NCBI GenBank assembly: GCA_965203515.1
Contig: OZ241907.1
Location: forward strand, 1,312,001-1,376,000
DNA length: 64,000 nt
Reading direction: 5' to 3'
Source: Spirochaetia bacterium
GTDB lineage: Bacteria; Spirochaetota; Spirochaetia; SZUA-6; Bin103
Shown: in pieces, positions 58,495 through 64,000 of the stretch
How positions within the stretch are numbered: position 1 is the stretch's first letter
Layout: each line of letters begins with the position of its first letter
Translations under genes and position numbers: made by a program
Notes under the pieces: generated by a model
Database searches by the model: none
What the model was told of the DNA's origin: nothing
The model's input: the letters and a program-made list of their open reading frames with translations, nothing else

Positions 58495-59445
58495 CTACCC
58501 TCGGAGCGCGGCCAGGAAGTCCGCCTCGTTCGCGCAGGCCAGCGCCGCCTCCAGCAACGATGCCTCCGACGCTGCGGAGAACGCCACCGCGTCGGCGGGA
58601 AAGCCTTCGCCGACCTCGATACCCCGTGACCGGAGTATCTGGCGGACCATCTCGGCTCGGCCGTGCTGCAAGCCGCGTTCGAAACCCTGACGCCGTTGCG
58701 ACCGGAACAGCGGATCGTCGTCCGGTCCGGTGCCGTCGCGCACGCCGAGCGCCGTTCCCACCCGCTCCAAGACCGCGCTGGTCCGCGCCGACGGCGCCGG
58801 CTCGTTCAGCGCCGCGTGGATCTCGGCCGCGGTCCAGCCCGGAAACGCCCGGCTCTCCGACGACACCCGGTAGCGGCCGCTGGCCAGCAGATGGATCGCC
58901 AATCCCGACCGCCGACTCCGGGGCCGACTGGGTGACGGCGCGTCCACCCATACCTCCGGGAATCCCCACGATTCGTACAGCGGCAGCTTGCCGAGGCGCG
59001 CATCGGTCGTGTGGTCGACTTCCAGCACCACGTCGGGAAAGTCGTGCTCGCCGACGACCATGGCGGCGGCCCCCGGCAACGCGACGCGCGCCGGATAGAG
59101 GTAGACCGACTCGTCCGCCTGCATGATGCGCCGCGGCTCACCCCGCTCGTCGCGCAGCATCAGGTCCATCGAGCCGTAGCATTCGATCGGCGAGCCGCGC
59201 ACCCCGGCGATCCGTTCCGCCAACCGCGTCAGCAGGCGCGACGGGCGCTCGTGATACGGCGTGGTCGGCTTGCAGATCCAGGCGGTCTCCGTAGCCGCGT
59301 CCCAGCACTCCAGCCGGCCTTCGAAGCGGTCGATCTCCGCGCGCGGCAGGCGGACCGGCTTGCAGCCGGGAAACTCCGGCGACGCGGTGCTGACGCGGTC
59401 CGGCACCCAGCCGACGCCGGCCGGCCGGGTTGCGGTGACGGCCAT
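58495..59445 (-). CDS. Uma2 family (restriction-endonuclease-like) protein
   Basis: MQADES, PDVVLEVD, K..LY..WGFPEVW. Confidence 0.85.
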   Translation of the reverse strand: MAVTATRPAGVGWVPDRVSTASPEFPGCKPVRLPRAEIDRFEGRLECWDAATETAWICKPTTPYHERPSRLLTRLAERIAGVRGSPIECYGSMDLMLRDERGEPRRIMQADESVYLYPARVALPGAAAMVVGEHDFPDVVLEVDHTTDARLGKLPLYESWGFPEVWVDAPSPSRPRSRRSGLAIHLLASGRYRVSSESRAFPGWTAAEIHAALNEPAPSARTSAVLERVGTALGVRDGTGPDDDPLFRSQRRQGFERGLQHGRAEMVRQILRSRGIEVGEGFPADAVAFSAASEASLLEAALACANEADFLAALRG

Positions 59446-59648
59446 GCCGACAGGATAGATCGCCGGAGCCCGCGCGCACAAGCCGCCGGTCGGATCGCCG
59501 ATCTACGCCGTCCACCCTGAGCGGCGCACCGAGCCCGCACCCGGCGCCTCGCTCCGCGGATACAGTCATACTATGATCCCGGGCGTGATGGTTGCAGAGA
59601 CTTCCCTCTGCTGCCGCCGGCCCGTATCACCGCCCCCAAGGAGCCGCC

Positions 59649-60485
59649 ATGATCGTCGACGTCCATACGCACTGCTTGCAGCCCGATCACATCAGCGATG
59701 CCGCTCACCGGGCCGACCAGCGCGCCGGCTATCCGCCGATGCAGCCGCTGACCGCCGATCGCTACGACCGGGAGTTGTCGGTGGTCGACCGTGCCATCGT
59801 CTTCGGCGTGCGGGGCGTCGCCACCGGCGTGCGCAGCCCCAACGAGTTCACCGCAGAGTGGGTCGAACACGACCCCGACAAGCTCATCGGCTTCATGGCG
59901 ATCGATCCGATGGAAGACGATCACATGGAACAGATCGAACGCGGCATCGAGCTGGGGCTGCGGGGCATCAAGATATACCCCATGCTGGGCCGATATGATC
60001 CGGCGGATCCGACGAACTTCCCCATGTTCGAGAAGGCGCAGCGGCTCGGCCTGCCGGTGCTCTCCCACACCGGCACCCATCCCAATCCGCGCGCCATGCT
60101 GAAGTACAGCCACCCGCTGCTGGTCGACGAGATAGCGCAGGCGTTCCCGGACCTGAAGTACGTCATGGCGCACATGTCGCACCCCTGGCAGCGAGACTGC
60201 GCCGTCGTGCTGCGCAAGCACCCCAACGTCTACGCCGACATTTCCGGCGTATGGGTCCGGCCCTGGCAGGGCTGGGAGGCGCTGATCGGCATGGTCGAGT
60301 GGGGGGTCACCGACAAGCTGCTGTTCGGCTCCGACTTCCCGCTCTGGACCCCGCGGGAGGCGCTGGAAAAGATCCGGCGGTTCAACGATCAACTCGAGGG
60401 CACGCGACTCCCCCGCATTCCGGATGAAGTCATCGAAGGGATCATCCACCGTGACTCGCTCAGGCTGCTCGGCCTGGAGCCATGA
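59649..60485 (+). CDS. Amidohydrolase_2 family protein
   Basis: DVHTH, GIKIYP, HTG, AHM.HPW, LLFGSDFP. Confidence 0.9.
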   Translation: MIVDVHTHCLQPDHISDAAHRADQRAGYPPMQPLTADRYDRELSVVDRAIVFGVRGVATGVRSPNEFTAEWVEHDPDKLIGFMAIDPMEDDHMEQIERGIELGLRGIKIYPMLGRYDPADPTNFPMFEKAQRLGLPVLSHTGTHPNPRAMLKYSHPLLVDEIAQAFPDLKYVMAHMSHPWQRDCAVVLRKHPNVYADISGVWVRPWQGWEALIGMVEWGVTDKLLFGSDFPLWTPREALEKIRRFNDQLEGTRLPRIPDEVIEGIIHRDSLRLLGLEP

Positions 60486-61678
60486 CGGCCGTCATGAACC
60501 GCATGAAGATCACCGCGGTACGGACCTTTCTGGTCGGAGGAAGCTGGCGTAACTGGCTCGTCGTAAAGATCGAGACCGATGCCGGCGTGCACGGCGTAGG
60601 CGAGGCGACGCTCGAGGGAAAGTCGAAAACGGTGGAAGCGGCGGTGGCCGAGCTTGCCCGCTACCTGATCGGCAAGGATCCGGCAGCCATCGAGCTGCAC
60701 TTTCAGGAGATGTATCGCCGGGCGTTCTACGCTGGCGGCGAAGTGCTCACCAGCGCCATCACCGGCGTCGAGACCGCGATGTGGGACATCAAGGGCAAGG
60801 CCTTGGGAGTGCCGGTGTACGAACTGCTGGGCGGCCGCACGCGCGACCGCGTCAAGCTGTACGCCAACGGCTGGTACCGGCAGGGCATGAGCCCGGCGGA
60901 GTTCGTGTCCGCGGGCAAGAAGGTCGTGGCGCTAGGCGCCAAGGGGATCAAGTTCAACCCCTGGGGTGGCCGTCCGGGGATCGACTTCCATCGACTGGAA
61001 AACGACATACTGAACACCGGCGTCGAGGTGGTGGGCGCGCTTCGCGAAGCCCTCGGACCGACCGTGGACCTGTACATCGACTGCAACGGCATCTTCAACA
61101 CCGCCGGCAACGCCGTCCGCGCGGCCAAGGCGGTGGAGCAGTTCAACGTCAGCTTCTTCGAGGAGCCGGTTCCGCACGAGAATACCGATGCGATGGCGTA
61201 CGTGCGGCGCAAGATCGACATACCGGTGGCGGCCGGCGAACGCCTCTTCACCATCTTCCGGTTCCGGGAACTGCTGGAACGGGGCGGCGCGGACGTGGTT
61301 CAACCCGACATGTCGCACTGCGGCGGCATGCTGGAGGCGCGCAAGATCGCCGCCATCGCCGATTCGCACTACGCGGCGTTCGCCCCGCACAACGCCAACG
61401 GCGAAATCTCATACGCTGCGGCGGTGCAGCTCGCCGCCTGCGTGCCCAACTTCCTGGTGTTGGAGCACTTCCCGCCGGAACCATGGCGTTTCGAGGTGTG
61501 CCGCAACCCGTTGGGCGTCGACGACGGCTGGCTGCGGATCCCCGACCGGCCGGGTTTGGGCGTGGAATTCGACGAAACGGCCGCCGCCGCCCACCCCTAC
61601 GAGCCGGTCGACCTCTACGACCTGCATCGGCCCGAGATGCAACTCAAGGTTCCGAAGTTCGCCGACCGCCTGCGCTGA
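60482..61678 (+). CDS. Mandelate racemase/galactonate dehydratase-like enolase
   Basis: WDIKGKALGVPVYELLGG, EEP, GERL, QPD..HCGG, APHN. Confidence 0.9.
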   Translation: MTAVMNRMKITAVRTFLVGGSWRNWLVVKIETDAGVHGVGEATLEGKSKTVEAAVAELARYLIGKDPAAIELHFQEMYRRAFYAGGEVLTSAITGVETAMWDIKGKALGVPVYELLGGRTRDRVKLYANGWYRQGMSPAEFVSAGKKVVALGAKGIKFNPWGGRPGIDFHRLENDILNTGVEVVGALREALGPTVDLYIDCNGIFNTAGNAVRAAKAVEQFNVSFFEEPVPHENTDAMAYVRRKIDIPVAAGERLFTIFRFRELLERGGADVVQPDMSHCGGMLEARKIAAIADSHYAAFAPHNANGEISYAAAVQLAACVPNFLVLEHFPPEPWRFEVCRNPLGVDDGWLRIPDRPGLGVEFDETAAAAHPYEPVDLYDLHRPEMQLKVPKFADRLR

Positions 61679-61691
61679 TCTGCAGTCGACG

Positions 61692-62579
61692 CTACCGATC
61701 TCCTGTTCGGCGCAGCAACGCGATGTAGAACAGCGTCAGACCGAGGTTGATCAGAAACATGATCACCGAGAGGCTTGCCCCTCGTCCCATCCGGTATTGG
61801 CGGAACGCGGTGTGATAGATGTGGAGAGAAAGCATCTCCGTGCTCCTCCCCGGCCCGCCGCCGGTCAGCGTCTCTACGATGTCGAAGACGCCGAATGTAA
61901 GAATCGATCCATATATCCAGCTTATCAGGATGGAAAATCGCATCAGCGGCAGCGTGATGCGGAGAAACGACTGGAGGCCGCCGGCGCCGTCCACGTGCGC
62001 GGCCTCGTACAGCTCATCGGCGATAGTCTGCAAGCCGGCGAGCTGTATGATCATGTGAAAGCTCACCCCCCGCCAGACGTTGCCGATCAGCAGCGCGATC
62101 ATGGCCGGCGTGGGTGCATACAACCACCCCACCGGCGGCAGGCCGACACTGACGAGCAGGAAATTGAACAACCCGTACCGCTCGCTTTGAAAGATCCACT
62201 GCCACGTAAAACCCGTGATGATGCCCGGCACGACCCAGGTAAGCAGCAGAATGCTGCGGATGACCGCGGTGACCGGCAGGTCCTTCCTGAGCAACAGGGC
62301 CAGCCCGAACCCGAGGACGAACTGCAGCGCGACCGAGCCGATCACGAACACGGCCGTGTTGCCAAGAACCTGCCAGAACACCGGCTGTTCCATGAGGATC
62401 CGATAGTTGTCCAGGAAGATATAGGTTCCAGGTTCGCGGCTCAGGAGGTCCTTGTCGGTGAGGCTCAACTGGAATGACTTGGCCACGGGGAATACGCTCA
62501 TGACCCCCACGTACAGCACCATCGGCAGGATGAAGACGAGGTGTTCCCGACGCTTGAGGAACCGCGCCGGAGGGTTCAT
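61692..62579 (-). CDS. Sugar ABC permease
   Basis: LYEAAHVDGA, TGGGPG. Confidence 0.92.
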   Translation of the reverse strand: MNPPARFLKRREHLVFILPMVLYVGVMSVFPVAKSFQLSLTDKDLLSREPGTYIFLDNYRILMEQPVFWQVLGNTAVFVIGSVALQFVLGFGLALLLRKDLPVTAVIRSILLLTWVVPGIITGFTWQWIFQSERYGLFNFLLVSVGLPPVGWLYAPTPAMIALLIGNVWRGVSFHMIIQLAGLQTIADELYEAAHVDGAGGLQSFLRITLPLMRFSILISWIYGSILTFGVFDIVETLTGGGPGRSTEMLSLHIYHTAFRQYRMGRGASLSVIMFLINLGLTLFYIALLRRTGDR

Positions 62580-62625
62580 GCGGTCGTCCGGTCGGCGATG
62601 GCTCGGCGCCCTCGCGCCGCGGCGA

Positions 62626-63477
62626 TCATCCCTTCACCGCACCGCGCCAGCCGGTCACGAAGTATCGGTTGAACGAGAGGTACAGCAGGATGACCGGCAC
62701 CATCATCAGCACGGCGCCGGAGGCGATGCCGGCCCAGTTGGTCTCGTGCGGTGTCTTGAACAGGTACAGCGCCACCGTGGCCAATCGCTTCGAGGAGCTG
62801 GAGGTCATCGTCAGGGGGATGATGAATTCGTTCCATGAAAAGAGAAACGTGAATACGCCCGCGGCTGCCAGGCCCGGAGAGCCGAGCGGTACGATGATAC
62901 GGAAATAGGTGTAGAGACGACTGGCGCCGTCGACCAGCGCCGACTCGTCCAGGCTGATCGGAATCGAGTCGAAGAATCCTTTCAGCATCCACACCGCCAG
63001 CGGCAGATTCATGGCCGCCAGGATCAGATACACCGCCGCCAGCGTATTGAGCAGCCCGAAGCCGATCATCATCTGATAGAGTGGAATTATGTTGATCACG
63101 CCGGGCAGCATCTGCGTGCCGAGCACCGCCAGGAGCATCAACTCCTTCCCTCGAAACCGGTAGCGGGAAAACCCGTACGCTGCGAACCCGGAGAGCCCCA
63201 GGACGATCAGCGTCGCCATGAAGGAGACGAAGCAGCTGCGCAGGATGGCCTGCACGAAGCCGCGGCTTACCAGAAACGGGTACCACTCGAAGGTGGGCTC
63301 GACCGGAACGAGCCGGGGCGGATAGGCATAGAGGTCCGCTTCGGTCTTGATCGACGTGGAGGCGACCCACAGCAGCGGCGCGATGGTCACGACGACCGCC
63401 AGAAGGAGGACGAGCGAGCGCGGGAGCCTGCGGCCAAGTCTGCGAAGCATCGCCGGTTGATGAGCGCCGGTGGACAC
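62626..63477 (-). CDS. Sugar ABC permease
   Basis: LDESALVDGA, SWNEF. Confidence 0.9.
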   Translation of the reverse strand: MSTGAHQPAMLRRLGRRLPRSLVLLLAVVVTIAPLLWVASTSIKTEADLYAYPPRLVPVEPTFEWYPFLVSRGFVQAILRSCFVSFMATLIVLGLSGFAAYGFSRYRFRGKELMLLAVLGTQMLPGVINIIPLYQMMIGFGLLNTLAAVYLILAAMNLPLAVWMLKGFFDSIPISLDESALVDGASRLYTYFRIIVPLGSPGLAAAGVFTFLFSWNEFIIPLTMTSSSSKRLATVALYLFKTPHETNWAGIASGAVLMMVPVILLYLSFNRYFVTGWRGAVKG

Positions 63478-63550
63478 GCAGCCGAGACCGAAACGGCCCG
63501 GCTGCGCCTCCGCCGACCGGGCTTCCTGCCCGCTGCTCGGGCGGTTCCTC

Positions 63551-64000
63551 TTACCGCATGCCTTGAATCATCTCGTCCACCGCCGCCTCCGGCGTCGCCA
63601 GATCAAGCGCCACCTTGTTGATCGCTATCTGCAGCAACTCGTCAAGGCTCGACCAGAGGGGCGATTTCGGCGTGGGACGAGCGGAATCGAGCTGACCGAG
63701 CGCCGCCGGTGATATCGGCGAGGGCCGGTATTGTAGCGAGTCGAAAGCGCTCTTGCGCGTCGGGAACGACGTGATCGCACTGGCGTTCCGGGCCATCACG
63801 TCCGCCGAGGTGATGAACTCCAGTACCTGCCACGCCCGCTCCCGCTTCACCGGATCGTCGGTGGCGATTCCATACCCGTAACCGCCGTTGCGGGCGGCCG
63901 GCCGTGCGCCGGCCTCCTGCGGCAGGAAGCCGGCGCCCAGGTTCTCGTAGATCGCCGGAGCGGCGTCACCGATCGCCCCGACCTGCCACGTTCCGCCGAG
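63551..64000 (-). CDS. Sugar ABC solute-binding protein, C-terminal part (runs off window)
   Basis: AWQVLEFITS, FPTRKS, TPEAAVDE; upstream of two permeases. Confidence 0.8.
   Translation of the reverse strand, partial: LGGTWQVGAIGDAAPAIYENLGAGFLPQEAGARPAARNGGYGYGIATDDPVKRERAWQVLEFITSADVMARNASAITSFPTRKSAFDSLQYRPSPISPAALGQLDSARPTPKSPLWSSLDELLQIAINKVALDLATPEAAVDEMIQGMR

Overview
High-GC bacterial window. SBP N-termini such as 'WAAGQEE' and 'FASGEMDE', plus expanded PhyH dioxygenases, sulfatases, Uma2 and Rpn genes, suggest a Spirochaetia-like host-associated bacterium, possibly a sponge symbiont (inference). Most of the window is glycan and sugar-acid scavenging: four ABC importer clusters, two sulfatases, GH78, GH4, a sialidase-like protein, a PL22-like lyase, a GHL10-like hydrolase, dehydratases, an aldolase and four PhyH dioxygenases. 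At 33-43 kb an iron-uptake and heme cluster comprises ctaA, an imelysin/EfeO-like gene, FTR1 and hemA-chdC-hemE-hemH-hemY. There are three accessory spots. (i) An Rpn nuclease with an apparent internal RpnS start. (ii) A lower-GC insert at 3.7-6.3 kb, flanked by toxin-antitoxin debris, encoding a secreted hexapeptide beta-helix plus GSGY-repeat protein. (iii) A 43.1-44.6 kb segment where 97-bp direct repeats flank orphan small ORFs and an internally deleted HNH-family-like remnant carrying an array of palindromic CTTCG-N4-CGAAG repeats with unique spacers. No rRNA, tRNA or canonical CRISPR-cas was seen. Several single-base frameshifts sit in short homopolymers and may be sequencing errors.
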